From contig CAWFJP010000005.1 in the NCBI GenBank assembly GCA_963816145.1, positions 128,001-192,000 of the forward strand: DNA of 64,000 nucleotides. The letters are read 5' to 3'. Both the position numbers and the translations under genes were made by a program. The DNA is from an uncultured delta proteobacterium (GTDB lineage: Bacteria; Desulfobacterota; Binatia; UBA9968). A model generated the notes under the pieces. It did no database searches. It had not been told where the DNA came from and worked only from the letters and a program-made list of their open reading frames with translations. Shown piece after piece: positions 1 to 10,405 of the stretch. Every line of letters begins with the position of its first letter. Position 1 is the stretch's first letter.

Positions 1-1
1 G

Positions 2-883
2 GCGGGCACGGGCGCACATGCGCTCGGCGCTGGGCTTGCTTCGGTGGCGAGCAAGGTGACGGGTATCGCGCTCAAAGTGCAGCCGTACAACGGTCCCAAT
101 GCTTGGATGCCGCTGCTTGAAAGCGGGGAGCTGGAGTTGGGCGTGCTCAATATCCTCGATTCGCAAATGGCCGCCACCGGCACCGGCAACTATAAGAAGC
201 CCTATCCGATGCTTCGGGTGATCGCCGGCGGCGTGTTTCCCTTCACCGCGTCGGCGATGGTGCGCGACAAATCGGACATCAAACAGATCAGCGATTTGAA
301 AGGCAAGCGCATGGCGTGGGATTACGGCGGCCACATGATCTCACAGACATTCCTCAACGCGGTTTTGGAAACCGGCGGGATAAAGCCAAGCGACGTGCAG
401 CAGATCAGAGTCTCCAACGTCAACGACGGCATTCGTGCCGTGCCCGAAGGCAAAGTCGACGCGTCCTGGGCCTCTCTGGGTACCGGAACCAATGAAGAAG
501 CCAATGCGATGGAGCCGGTGCGCATACTCAATATTCCCAACACCGAGGCGTCGAACAAAATTCTCGGCCGCTACGGCGGCTCAGTGGTCAAGGCGACGCC
601 ATCGGCGGGCGTGCGCGGCGAGACCTTCGTGCTTGGCTATGCGCTGCACATCGTTGGCTCGAGCAAGTTGAGCGACCGCGCGGTTACGGCGCTGGTTAAA
701 GCGTGGTGGGATAATCTGGCCGAGCTACAAACGATCCATCCGCTGTTCAAACAGTGGACCAAGGAAAACCAGGCGATCAGCAATTTCACGATCCCCTATC
801 ACCCAGGCGCGGTGAAATTTTACAAAGACGTCGGCGTGTGGACGGCCAAGCAGGAGGCGCGGACCAAAGAAATTTGCAGCTAA
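2..883 (+). CDS. TAXI family TRAP transporter solute-binding protein (5' end outside window)
   Basis: Frame is open from base 2 (AGTGAHALGAGLA...); has TAXI-like GTG N-terminal motif, DLKGKR and PYHPGAVKFYKD C-terminal motif; close paralog of the next two genes. Confidence 0.9.
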   Translation, partial: AGTGAHALGAGLASVASKVTGIALKVQPYNGPNAWMPLLESGELELGVLNILDSQMAATGTGNYKKPYPMLRVIAGGVFPFTASAMVRDKSDIKQISDLKGKRMAWDYGGHMISQTFLNAVLETGGIKPSDVQQIRVSNVNDGIRAVPEGKVDASWASLGTGTNEEANAMEPVRILNIPNTEASNKILGRYGGSVVKATPSAGVRGETFVLGYALHIVGSSKLSDRAVTALVKAWWDNLAELQTIHPLFKQWTKENQAISNFTIPYHPGAVKFYKDVGVWTAKQEARTKEICS

Positions 884-919
884 CGGACCGGAGCACTGGA
901 ATAGAGGAGAAATCGAGTC

Positions 920-1969
920 ATGGGAAGAAAGAACTTCATTAGAATGATTTCGCGATCGTTGGCGATGGCGATGGTGTTTTGCCCCCTTGGGACTTTTCAC
1001 GGCGTCGCCGTGGCGAAATTAGATTGCAGTCCGACGACCAACGCCAATATGGCATTGCCGCGCACGGTGGCGATCGCTTCCAACTTGCCAGGCACCGGCG
1101 CCCATGCGTTGGCGTCGGGATTGTCGGCGGTCGGGAGCAAGGTGACGACGATGTCAGCCAAGGTACAGCCGTATAACGGCCCCAACGCCTGGATGCCGTT
1201 GTTGGACGACGGCGAGATAGAGTTCGGCATCATCAACATTCTCGACGCCAACATGGCGGCCACCGGGACCGGCAACTACAAGAAGGCTTATCCGACCATT
1301 CGCGTCGTTGCCGGCGGTGTCTTTCCGTTCACCGGAAGTATCATGGTCCGCGATAAGTCAGAAATCCGCACGGCCGCTGACTTGAAGGGCAAGCGCATGG
1401 CCTGGGACTTCGGCGGCCATGCGATCACCCATACTTGGCAGATGGCAGCGCTGGAAGTGTTGGGGCTCAAACCAAGCGATGTGACGCAGGTGAGAGTGTC
1501 GAACTTGAACGACGCTATTCGCGGTGTGCCTGAAGGCAAAGTCGATGCTACCTTCGCCGCCATCGGCATCGGCATCAACGAAGAGGCCAATGCCATGGAG
1601 CCGATCCGGTTTCTCAGCTTGCCTGACAATGCCGCGTCGAACAAAATTCTCGCCAAATATGGCGCATCGATCGTCAAGCAAGAGCCGACCGCGGGCATTC
1701 GCAGCGATACTCGGGTGATCGGCTATCCGCTGCATTTGGCGAGCTCCACCAAGGTCAGCGACAAAACCGTGGCGACCCTGCTCAAAGCATGGTGGGATAA
1801 CATCGGCGAGCTGCAGACGATTCACCCACAGTTCAAAAAATGGACGAAGGATGTTCAGGCGATCACCAACTTCACCGTGCCTTATCATGACGGCGCGGTG
1901 AAGTTTTACAAAGAAGCCGGCGTGTGGGGCGCGAAACATGATGCGCGCACGAAGGAGATCTGCGGATGA
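920..1969 (+). CDS. TAXI family TRAP transporter solute-binding protein
   Basis: RBS GAGGA upstream, signal peptide, PYHDGAVKFYKE motif. Confidence 0.9.
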   Translation: MGRKNFIRMISRSLAMAMVFCPLGTFHGVAVAKLDCSPTTNANMALPRTVAIASNLPGTGAHALASGLSAVGSKVTTMSAKVQPYNGPNAWMPLLDDGEIEFGIINILDANMAATGTGNYKKAYPTIRVVAGGVFPFTGSIMVRDKSEIRTAADLKGKRMAWDFGGHAITHTWQMAALEVLGLKPSDVTQVRVSNLNDAIRGVPEGKVDATFAAIGIGINEEANAMEPIRFLSLPDNAASNKILAKYGASIVKQEPTAGIRSDTRVIGYPLHLASSTKVSDKTVATLLKAWWDNIGELQTIHPQFKKWTKDVQAITNFTVPYHDGAVKFYKEAGVWGAKHDARTKEICG

Positions 1970-3024
1970 GAAAATTGGCGTTTGAAATGGCTGGAGTAAT
2001 GGTTAAGAAGCGATTCGCGCGAAGTTTGGCGTTTCTACTAGTCGTGGCGCAGGTTCAGATCGTCGACGCGAAGCTCGACTGCGGGCCGACGACGAACCAG
2101 AGCAGCCAGTTGCCACGGACGATCGCCATCGGCACGAACCCGGCCGGCACCGGCGCCCATGCGATCGCGTCGGGGCTGGCGGCGATCGCCAGTCAGAAGA
2201 CGCAGGTGTCGGCGAAAGTGCAGCCCTACAACGGTCCCAACGCCTGGATGCCGCTGCTCGAAAGCGGCGAGATCGAGTTCGGTATCATCAATATTCTCGA
2301 TTCCAACATGGCGGCGACCGGGACCGGCAACTACAAGAAAGCCTATCCGGGCTTGCGCATCGTCGCCGGCGGCGTGTTCCCGTTCACCGCGGGTCTCATC
2401 GTGCGGGATAAATCGGATATCAAGCAGATGTCCGATCTCAAAGGCAAGCGGATCGCCTGGGATTACGGCGGCCATGCGATCAATCAAACCTGGCAGTTGG
2501 CGGTGATGGAAGCGAGCGGTTTGAAACCGGCCGACGTGCAGCAAGTGCGGGTGTCGAACTTGAACGACGGCGTGCGCGCCGTGCCCGAAGGCAAGGTCGA
2601 TGCGGCGTTCACCGCTGTCGGAATCGGCGTCGTCGAAGAAGCCAATGCCATGGAGCCGGTGCGTTTCTTGAGCATGCCGAACACCCCGGCGGCGAACAAG
2701 ATTCTCGGCCGCTACGGCGCGTCGGTGGTCAAGGCGGACGTGGCCGCCGGTGTCAAAGGCGACACCAATGTCATAGGCTATCCGCTCCACTTGGCGAGCA
2801 TGACCAACGTCAGCGACAAGACCGTCTACACAATGGTCAAGGCGTGGTGGGATAATTTGCCGGAGCTGCAGACCATCCATCCGCTCTTCAAGAAATGGCC
2901 CAAGGATATGCAAGCGCTGAGCAACTTCACCGTGCCTTATCATTCCGGTGCGATTCAGTTTTATAAAGAGATGAAAGTCTGGGGTGCCAAGCAGGAAGCG
3001 CGGACCAAAGAGATCTGCGGCTGA
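1966..3024 (+). CDS. TAXI family TRAP transporter solute-binding protein
   Basis: ATGA overlap with previous gene (true start may be about 1999); PYHSGAIQFYKE motif. Confidence 0.9.
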   Translation: MRKLAFEMAGVMVKKRFARSLAFLLVVAQVQIVDAKLDCGPTTNQSSQLPRTIAIGTNPAGTGAHAIASGLAAIASQKTQVSAKVQPYNGPNAWMPLLESGEIEFGIINILDSNMAATGTGNYKKAYPGLRIVAGGVFPFTAGLIVRDKSDIKQMSDLKGKRIAWDYGGHAINQTWQLAVMEASGLKPADVQQVRVSNLNDGVRAVPEGKVDAAFTAVGIGVVEEANAMEPVRFLSMPNTPAANKILGRYGASVVKADVAAGVKGDTNVIGYPLHLASMTNVSDKTVYTMVKAWWDNLPELQTIHPLFKKWPKDMQALSNFTVPYHSGAIQFYKEMKVWGAKQEARTKEICG

Positions 3025-3087
3025 TGCAAGATGATAGAGCGGTGATGCAGTCCGAAACGTTCAGTCAACGCATCGCGGTCGTGCCCG

Positions 3088-5085
3088 TTGCCATATTACG
3101 GTGACAAGGAGATCCTAGTGGAGATCGAAGAAAGCGTACGAGGGCGGGAGCTGAGCGGCTTTGCCGGCGGGCTGGGAAAGCTTTTGCTTATCGCCATTCC
3201 ACTCTCCGGCATGTTTTTTCTGCTTAACGTGCCGCAGCAGATCGGCTGGTTGGTTTTCAATGAGCAGTACATGGGGCTGTTTCTCGGTCTCGGTTTATGT
3301 GCGACCTACATCTTGATTCCCGCTAAACCGACCGTCAGCCGTGATTACGTCCCTTGGTACGACATCCTCGCGGCATTGGCCGGCATGACGGTTGGGCTTT
3401 ACGTTTTCGTTTTTTATCCTTCGATCGTCAATTCTCTCGGCGATATCTCCACGGAGCGGGTCATCCTCGGCTGCATCACGATCCTGCTGCTCGCCGAAGC
3501 TTCGCGCCGGCTGGTGGGATGGCCGCTGGTGATCATCGCCGGCTGTTTTCTGCTCTACGCCTACTTCGCGTATCTGTTCCCCGGCGATTTCTACGGCAAG
3601 GGCTGGTCGATCAATCGACTGGCGACGTATCTCTATCTCGATGCCAACGGAATTTTCGGCCAGGCGCTCCAGGTGGGCGTCAGTATCGTTATCGTCTTTG
3701 TTATTTTCGGCGAAGTGCTCTACGTCGTCGGCGGCGCCGAGTTTCTCAGCGATTTTTCCCTGAGTTTAATGGGACGTTATCGCGGCGGCCAGGCAAAGAT
3801 CGCCATCGTGTCGTCGAGTTTGTTCGGCAACATCAGCGGCAGCGCCGTGGCCAACGTCGTGGTCGACGGCGCGTTTACGATCCCGATGATGAAAAAGGCC
3901 GGGTATCCGGCAGCCCAAGCGGCGGCGATCGAAGCCACCGCTTCCACCGGCGGGCAGATCATGCCGCCGGTGATGGGCGCCGCGGCGTTTTTGATCGCCG
4001 AATATTTGCAAATCCCGTATGCGCAAGTGGCGCTGGCGGCGGCGGTTCCAGCGGTCCTTTACTATGTCGCGTTGTTCATCCAGGTCGATCTTTTGGCGGC
4101 GCGCAACGGTATTCATGGGCTGCCGCGTGAAGAAGTGCCGCATCTATTGCCTGTGCTCAAGCGGTCGGCGAGTTTCGTCGTGCCGCTCGGTGTGCTGATC
4201 CTGTGGATGTTCATTCTCAATCGCCGGCCGGAAGAGGCGGGCTTGCTGGCGGCATTGGCGGCGCTCATCGTCGGCCTGGTCACGCCGGGAGTAAAAATCG
4301 GCTGGAATGGGATTCTCCGCATGCTTACCAACGCCGGTCGCGGCATGTTGGAGATCGTGGCCATTACCGGACTTGCCGGCGTGGTCATCGGCGTGCTGCA
4401 ACTGACTGGGCTCGGTTTCACTCTGACGTTGACCTTACTCAACATCGGCCAGAGCAATGCGTTGTTGCTGCTCGTCTTGACTGCGATTGTCAGCATCATA
4501 CTCGGTATGGGCATGCCGACCACGGCTGTCTACGTGCTGTTGGCCGTCTTGGTGGCGCCGGGTCTGGCTAAGCTCGGTATCGTTCCCATCGCCGCGCATC
4601 TTTTCATTTTTTACTTCGGCATGCTGAGTATGGTGACGCCGCCGGTGTGCATGGCCAGCTACGCGGCTGCATCCATAGGCAAAACCGACCCGGTCCAGAC
4701 CGGCTGGGAGGCGATGAAGCTTTGCAGCATCGCCTATGTCGTGCCGTTCTTGTTCGTATTTTCGCCGTCATTGTTGTTGATCGGCCATTGGTATGAGGTT
4801 GTGCTTTCAGTCATTACCGCTATCCTCGGTTCGATACTCCTGGGGGTCGGCATAGTCGGTTATTTATTTCGGCGGGTGGGCGTGTCGAAGCGGCTCTTAT
4901 TTACGATCGCCGCGGTCGGCTTGCTCATTCCCGTCGTCCACAGCGGCAAATTCGCGATGCTCACCTGGGCGACCAATGGCATTGGCCTGGTGCTGGCCGT
5001 TTTATTGGTGGCGGTGGAGTGGATCGCGCGTGGTCACGGTAAGATGATCGCTGCGCCCAACGGTGTCAAAGCGCCAGCACAGTAG
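3088..5085 (+). CDS. TRAP transporter fused 4TM/12TM permease (DctQM)
   Basis: Highly hydrophobic; SGSAVANV, ASTGGQIMPPVMGAAAF, LGMGMPTT and TPPV motifs. Confidence 0.93.
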   Translation: MPYYGDKEILVEIEESVRGRELSGFAGGLGKLLLIAIPLSGMFFLLNVPQQIGWLVFNEQYMGLFLGLGLCATYILIPAKPTVSRDYVPWYDILAALAGMTVGLYVFVFYPSIVNSLGDISTERVILGCITILLLAEASRRLVGWPLVIIAGCFLLYAYFAYLFPGDFYGKGWSINRLATYLYLDANGIFGQALQVGVSIVIVFVIFGEVLYVVGGAEFLSDFSLSLMGRYRGGQAKIAIVSSSLFGNISGSAVANVVVDGAFTIPMMKKAGYPAAQAAAIEATASTGGQIMPPVMGAAAFLIAEYLQIPYAQVALAAAVPAVLYYVALFIQVDLLAARNGIHGLPREEVPHLLPVLKRSASFVVPLGVLILWMFILNRRPEEAGLLAALAALIVGLVTPGVKIGWNGILRMLTNAGRGMLEIVAITGLAGVVIGVLQLTGLGFTLTLTLLNIGQSNALLLLVLTAIVSIILGMGMPTTAVYVLLAVLVAPGLAKLGIVPIAAHLFIFYFGMLSMVTPPVCMASYAAASIGKTDPVQTGWEAMKLCSIAYVVPFLFVFSPSLLLIGHWYEVVLSVITAILGSILLGVGIVGYLFRRVGVSKRLLFTIAAVGLLIPVVHSGKFAMLTWATNGIGLVLAVLLVAVEWIARGHGKMIAAPNGVKAPAQ

Positions 5086-5164
5086 CCGGGTTGCGCACGG
5101 CGCTCATAGCGATTGGCCAACGTGGATACGGAATCCACGCTCACAGTTCTATGGGCCTGGAAGT

Positions 5165-6628
5165 CTACGGAAGAGAGTGGACAGCGGCCAGGTATTCTTT
5201 ACGCAGATAGCCGACGTTGCCCGAAGTGTTTACCTTGACCTTGATCCAATCGCGCTCTTTGCGCAGTACCGTCACGCGCGTCCCCAAACCGACCTTTTCG
5301 ATGGCATCGGCGGCAAAGCGCGGCTCGTGTTTGAGCGCGGCGGTGCGGGCGATCTCGGCTTCAGTCTCCGCAGTGGTTGGTGCGGGAGCGAGTACGCGTT
5401 TGACTGCCGGATGGCCCGGCGAATCGCTGTTCCGCTTAGCCGCTGCGGCGATCTCCGTATCGGCCGCTCGCTCAAGCGGCTCGCGGGTGTGGGGCTTAAG
5501 TGCGGATTCGTTGTTGGCGACCGTTGGCAATTCCGCAGCGGGCGGTTCAGCTTCTTCGAGCGCGAAGCTCGTATGCGTTGCCGCGAGCTCTTCCCCGACC
5601 AGTGCCGGCTCGTGAGCTTGCCCTTCGGCAACCTGCTGTGTCGACGACGTCGCTCGTGGATTGAAAATCAGCGGAACGGAAACCTCGGCAGCCGTTGTGC
5701 CGCCATGCGGCAGCTTCCACAACTTTGCCTCGGCGATGATCACTTCGAGAAATCGATGCTCCGACAATCTCGAGAGCACCTCCTCGACCTTGGCGACTCT
5801 TCCTGACGGTTCGATCTTGAGTTTAAGCGACACGTATCCACTGGTATTCGGATCGGCTTCGATCCAGCGGGCATAGGCTTTGGTCAATTCCCCAAGCTGG
5901 TTGCTGAGCAGCCGTCTCGCCGGCTCCGCAGTGAATGTCGGTGCCAGTAGGACAACCGGTCGAGTGCGATCCGCGATTATTTCCGTCTCACTATCATCGC
6001 CGCTAGCGAGGGATATTAGCTGCACAGGGTTCTGTGCGAGTGGCGCTCGACGTCCGGTCATTACATAGAAGCCCAAAAGCACGATGATGATCATCGCGCC
6101 GGCGCCGATCAAAGCGTACTCGTCCCAGCGATCGAGGCGCCACGGCGCTCGCGGGAACACTTCGAGCCCGGCGTCATCGATGCCCGCCGCGGTCCATGGT
6201 AATGCCGCGGGAACTATGCAGGTGCTCGGAGCCTCTTCGGATTGTTCGATAGAGCGCGCCTCGCTAATCGAGATGTCGAGCGGTTGATTTAACATCAGCC
6301 GCCGAATCAACCGTTGATAAACTATTTTTTGAATCGTTTGGCCGTCTCGTTCGGCATGTTGAAAACAGACTAAAAAAATTTGCCGGACGATATGCCGTTC
6401 ATTGCTCGACAGATCGGTGAAAAGCCTAAGTTCGTCAATCTGGCGATTGAACGGGCCGGTGCCGAATCGCGATACGTTGGCGAGCAACAACAGCAGGCGC
6501 GCCATGCGGTCCTGTGGTTGGGCTTCGATCCGCTGCGAGAGCGCAGCAATCGCTTGATCGTAGCACGCTTCCTGGAGAAGCCGCTGCACCTTACTATAGG
6601 TGAATTCTGTGATTGGCAGTTTAGCCAT
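5165..6628 (-). CDS. Membrane protein: TPR-like N-terminus, single TM, AgmX/PglI (TonB-C-like) domain, C-terminal SH3b domain
   Basis: Probable start at MAKLPI (6628); TM ALIGAGAMIIIVLLGFYVM; Y..W...DP..SG.V.LKL.IEPSG.V...W..P...V.VPL.F pattern; SH3-like GTRVTVL..ERDWIKV....G.VGYL. Confidence 0.65.
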   Translation of the reverse strand: MAKLPITEFTYSKVQRLLQEACYDQAIAALSQRIEAQPQDRMARLLLLLANVSRFGTGPFNRQIDELRLFTDLSSNERHIVRQIFLVCFQHAERDGQTIQKIVYQRLIRRLMLNQPLDISISEARSIEQSEEAPSTCIVPAALPWTAAGIDDAGLEVFPRAPWRLDRWDEYALIGAGAMIIIVLLGFYVMTGRRAPLAQNPVQLISLASGDDSETEIIADRTRPVVLLAPTFTAEPARRLLSNQLGELTKAYARWIEADPNTSGYVSLKLKIEPSGRVAKVEEVLSRLSEHRFLEVIIAEAKLWKLPHGGTTAAEVSVPLIFNPRATSSTQQVAEGQAHEPALVGEELAATHTSFALEEAEPPAAELPTVANNESALKPHTREPLERAADTEIAAAAKRNSDSPGHPAVKRVLAPAPTTAETEAEIARTAALKHEPRFAADAIEKVGLGTRVTVLRKERDWIKVKVNTSGNVGYLRKEYLAAVHSLP

Positions 6629-7007
6629 CTGCCGCTCGTTTCGTCGGATGCAAAAAAGCAGGCAGAACATACCACCAACGACCGTTGTTATGTCAAGTAA
6701 AACGTCCCTATTTTTTGTGAAATCTGAGCGTCCCAGGTTGGGGCTGTATGTAGGTACAATCCCGACTGTTGAGGCCTCCAAATTGTGGTTTCTGGTTGTG
6801 GGGGTAGGATTCCAACTGTTGCGGATCGATGGGTCGCGCTCAACCCGCCCCACATGGAATGGCATTAGCGGGCACTGCGCTACAAGTTGTTCGTATTTGG
6901 ATTGCTGGGAAACAGCCGTTTAGCCGCTATCTTTCAAAGCCGCTCGTCCCACTACTTGATCACAAATGGCCGCTGGAGCTGTCATCGGTCTAGCCGCCAC
7001 TATAACT

Positions 7008-7841
7008 CTAACGCGAGCTATTTTGCTTGACCCAATCGGCAATCGTTTTGTTGGTTTCTGCCGGCGCCTGCCAGAAAAAGCCATGGGACTGGCCCTTGAG
7101 CAACTGGAGTTCGGCGCCGGCGATGCGGTTTCTCAATGACTGCGCTTGGGCCAGGTGATTGCTGCGCGCCGAATCGTTGTCGCCGATCAGAATCAACGTC
7201 GGCACTTTGAGGTCGCCGAGCCGATGCGTCGCTTCCCAGTTGTGGCGCGCGATGATCAGATGAATGTACTCAGAAAGTTTGGCGTGAGTTGGCCAGACTT
7301 GTCGAAAAAAGGCTTCAATCGTGTCGGGATTTTTCTTGCGATAGTCGTCGGTGAAAAACGCGCTGGTGTCGCAGTATTCTTCGCGCAGCGCTTTCTCGAA
7401 ACCCTTTTCGACCAGGCGAATCACCAGCCAGTGCGGCAGTCCCGGCACGCAATCCGGCCCCGGCCGCGGCACCTGTCCGGAGCCGCTGGCGGCCATGATC
7501 AAACTCTTCACCCGTCCGGGAAAATTGAGCGCCATTTCCAGCGCGATGCGCCCGCCCATCGAGTGGCCGCAGAGATGCGCCGAGGGGATTTTCAAATGAT
7601 CGAGCAGGGCGACGATGTCGTTGGCCATCTGATTGATTGTGTAAACTTGCTGCGCTGCCACCGAGCGACCGCAACCGCGCGGATCGTGCAGGATGAGGTT
7701 CGTCGAGTCTGCGAGCGGCAGCTGCGATGGCTTCCAAGCTTCGGCGGAGAATCCGGTCGACGGTATAAGCACCAGCGGCTCGCCTTGGCCGTGGGTTTCA
7801 TAATAAAGATTTGCGCCCGATGGTAAATTTACATTTGGCAT
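7008..7841 (-). CDS. Alpha/beta hydrolase (PcaD/RutD-like)
   Basis: HDPRGCGRS, GHSMGG nucleophile elbow, GDND, C-terminal SHGF. Confidence 0.9.
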   Translation of the reverse strand: MPNVNLPSGANLYYETHGQGEPLVLIPSTGFSAEAWKPSQLPLADSTNLILHDPRGCGRSVAAQQVYTINQMANDIVALLDHLKIPSAHLCGHSMGGRIALEMALNFPGRVKSLIMAASGSGQVPRPGPDCVPGLPHWLVIRLVEKGFEKALREEYCDTSAFFTDDYRKKNPDTIEAFFRQVWPTHAKLSEYIHLIIARHNWEATHRLGDLKVPTLILIGDNDSARSNHLAQAQSLRNRIAGAELQLLKGQSHGFFWQAPAETNKTIADWVKQNSSR

Positions 7842-7867
7842 CGTTCTGTTTCTCCTTGGGTCTTTTA

Positions 7868-8008
7868 AATCGTTCCAAATGTTCCAATGGTTCCAGACGT
7901 TCCAAAGGTTCGGATGGCAAATGCAGGCGGAGCGGAGACTGCTAACTGGAGCGAATGTGATCCGGCCTTAACGATTGGAACCCCTGGAACATTTGGAACG
8001 ACTGGAAC
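7868..8008. repeat. Inverted clusters of 9-bp period GTTCCAA/TTGGAAC repeats
   Basis: 4-5 NNGTTCCAA units, a spacer, then 4 inverted TGGAAC units. Confidence 0.85.
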
Positions 8009-8012
8009 TATT

Positions 8013-8873
8013 TTAGATTTTCAATTGTTTGATCATCGCCTGGGTCAGCGGGTTAGCTTCGTCCAATAATTTTTCCGACATGGTGTAGTGATTGGCGCCG
8101 GGGACGACGAGGTAGTCGACCTTCATGCCTTGTTGCTTGCAGTAGTTGAAATAGTCTTCGGACATTTGCTGCCAGCCTTTGGGCTCCGCGCTGCCGACGG
8201 CGACCACCAGCGGGCATTTCACTTTGGGCGGGTTTAAGAACGGGCTGTTGAGTTTCGCGGCATCGGGTGTGAGCTTCACCTGCTCTTGAACGCTGATCTT
8301 CATCACCATATCGAGATCGAAAACGCCGGAAGTAGCGACGGCGCCCTTGATGCAGTCCTGCGGCAGACCTTCTTTCGTCCAATCATGCGCCAACGCCATG
8401 GCGGTCAGATGACCGCCGGCGGAGTGGCCGGAAACGTAAATGCGCGACGGATCGCCGCTGTAGCGCGTGACGTTTTTGCCAACCCAGACGATGCTGGCGC
8501 GAGTCTGCCGGACGATGTCGGTGACGGTGACCTGCGGGCAGAGATCGTATTCGACCAGCACAACAGTCGCACCGCGCTTGGTGAAGGTCGGCACGAAGTT
8601 GCAGTTGTCTTCCTTGCTGCCGCTGCGCCAGTAGCCGCCGTGGATGTAAACCAACACCGGCCCGCCGGGCTTGTCCGCGGCGTATATGTCCAGCAGCTCG
8701 CGCGGCGAACTGCCGTACGGAACGTTGAGCCAGGATTTCGCCGACTCGCGGACTTTTTTGGCCTGCGCTGCGCGGACTTTTGCCAGCTCCGGATACTCCG
8801 GCACCGACTCGCGCGGGTTGTACTGATACTCCATCTCGTCCGGGCGGAAGCCTTTGTAAAGTTCGCTGTTCAT
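8013..8873 (-). CDS. Arylformamidase/esterase-type alpha/beta hydrolase (HSL family)
   Basis: QYNPR, LDIY, HGGYWR, GHSAGGHL motifs. Confidence 0.88.
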   Translation of the reverse strand: MNSELYKGFRPDEMEYQYNPRESVPEYPELAKVRAAQAKKVRESAKSWLNVPYGSSPRELLDIYAADKPGGPVLVYIHGGYWRSGSKEDNCNFVPTFTKRGATVVLVEYDLCPQVTVTDIVRQTRASIVWVGKNVTRYSGDPSRIYVSGHSAGGHLTAMALAHDWTKEGLPQDCIKGAVATSGVFDLDMVMKISVQEQVKLTPDAAKLNSPFLNPPKVKCPLVVAVGSAEPKGWQQMSEDYFNYCKQQGMKVDYLVVPGANHYTMSEKLLDEANPLTQAMIKQLKI

Positions 8874-9004
8874 GGGTTGATGTCCTTATTGCATTGGAGT
8901 TCGGGAACGTAGCCTACTTCGCCGACAGTAGTGGAAAGGCGGTTTCGATGTCAACGTTTCTGGAAGTTGGGAACGAACCATGCCTTGTGATAGTTGTCCG
9001 GCGT

Positions 9005-9018
9005 TAACACATTTGTTA
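9005..9018. promoter_or_regulatory. Probable TA operator palindrome TAACA-N4-TGTTA
   Basis: Inverted repeat immediately upstream of the toxin start. Confidence 0.45.
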
Positions 9019-9028
9019 TTATCGCCGG

Positions 9029-9359
9029 GTGGACTACGAGATTGTCTACTACAGCGTGGCTGTACAGCAGCGGATTGTCGAGTTGCCTGACACCTTGGCT
9101 GCCCGATACGTTGTCCTCACGCGTCGGATGGTGGCACTCGGGCCTAATCTTGGTGAACCTCACACTAAGGCGTTTGGCAACGGATTATTTGAGCTACGGC
9201 TCAAGGGAGCGGAAGGCATTGCTCGGGTGTTCTTCTGTACTTTGATTGGCAAGCGCATCGTCATGCTTCATAGTTTCGCAAGAAGTTGGAACGAACGCCA
9301 CTGCGCGAACGCCAGATAGCGAGGCGCGAATGAAGGAGATTAAAAATGCGAACTCATGA
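9029..9359 (+). pseudogene. RelE/ParE-like (Gp49/HigB-type) toxin, frameshifted at C-terminus
   Basis: LGEPHTKAFGNGLFELRLKGAEGIARVFFC...MLHSF; expected tail KK.ERTPLRERQIA..RMKEIK appears only after frame changes. Confidence 0.8.
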
Positions 9360-9630
9360 TCAATTGGTCGAGAAGCTGAGCGCCGAAAGGCGTGCGATCC
9401 GAAGTCGAACGCATTGAGCGCGAAGAAGGAGCGTTGCTAGACGCCTTGCTCAAGGCGCGTCAACAGGCCGGACTCTACGAGGCGCAGCTTGCCAAACGCA
9501 TGCGTACCCAGGCTCCTACCATGCCCACATGGAGCGCGCGATCGCGACGGCCAAACATTCGCCTTCCATCGTACCGTTCGAAGGTATGTGAAAGCGTGTG
9601 GCAAGCGCTTGGTTCTTCGTGTGGCGTGCG
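9346..9630 (+). pseudogene. HTH (XRE) antitoxin, multiply frameshifted
   Basis: RBS GGAG + ATG MRTHDQLVEKL; then EVERIEREEGALLDALLKARQQAGL..AQLAKRM.TQAP; then YVKACGKRLVLRVA, in different frames. Confidence 0.78.
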
Positions 9631-9700
9631 GGAAAGTAGATATTTTATCTCGTGCGTAGTTAGAGATAATGATGAGTTAACGATAAGCAAATAAACAAAG

Positions 9701-9901
9701 CCTGGTACTCGCACGTGGCTTTCACCACCCGCAATCGGGAAACCCTTGGGCGGCGTCAGCGGCTCACCGCTTTTTGCTGTCGTTGAGAACGGCGTAGTAT
9801 CTTGGCGCCTGGTCGGAGTAGTGACTGAATTCGGATCAACCTTCGAGATCCTTTATGTCTCCTCCTTGTCGAGAGTTCGTCCCGATGGTTCTATCCTTTG
9901 A
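9701..9901 (+). pseudogene. C-terminal fragment of a trypsin-like hypothetical protein
   Basis: Start-less frame reads LGGVSGSPLF...WRLVGVVTE...RVRPDGSIL*; GxSGSP resembles the serine-protease nucleophile motif. Confidence 0.4.
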
Positions 9902-10286
9902 ACCTAGATCAGCTGCCGGTCTGACAAGTTGCACAGTCCAAATTTCTTGGAGGACGATTAACGATGAAAGATAAGGCGAGGGTCCTTCCGCTAGTAGCAA
10001 GGCATCTGGACTCACGCGCTTGTTCGCCGCTCGTTACGCGACGAGCGACCTATTTCTGCTGGATCACTGACAGCGCCACTGGCTCGAGTTGGCACTTGTG
10101 GATCGGCGAACCGTTTCGCACTCGATCAGGCAGTGCTTGATCCGCCTGGGATGAATCAAGGCGATCGCTCGTTTCGGGAGGTCAGATGTGTTGGACGGTC
10201 AATCCTGAATCACGAGGGCAATTGTCGGCAGCAGAGTTTGCTGCACGGCTGCGGCTGAATACATGCTTTCGCGTAGAAGCTGCGCC

Positions 10287-10382
10287 GCCTAACCCTCGCT
10301 CAACCGGACGCGCCGGTACGGACCTTCTGGATTTGGCGATCGTCGGTGTCCGCGCGCCCCGGTTAGCTTGATTGCGTCAGGC
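10287..10382 (+). mobile_element. Integron attC site (slightly degenerate)
   Basis: R'' GCCTAAC, L'' GCTCAACCGG vs L' CCGGTTAGC (one extrahelical base), R' GTCAGGC; followed by RBS+ATG of the next ORF. Confidence 0.75.
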
Positions 10383-10405
10383 TCTTAGGGAAAGGAGGAC
10401 TGGCG

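Noticed and set aside
7868-8008. Regularly spaced repeats as a CRISPR array
   Set aside because: Units are only 7-9 bp, arranged as inverted clusters, with no unique 30-40 bp spacers and no cas genes
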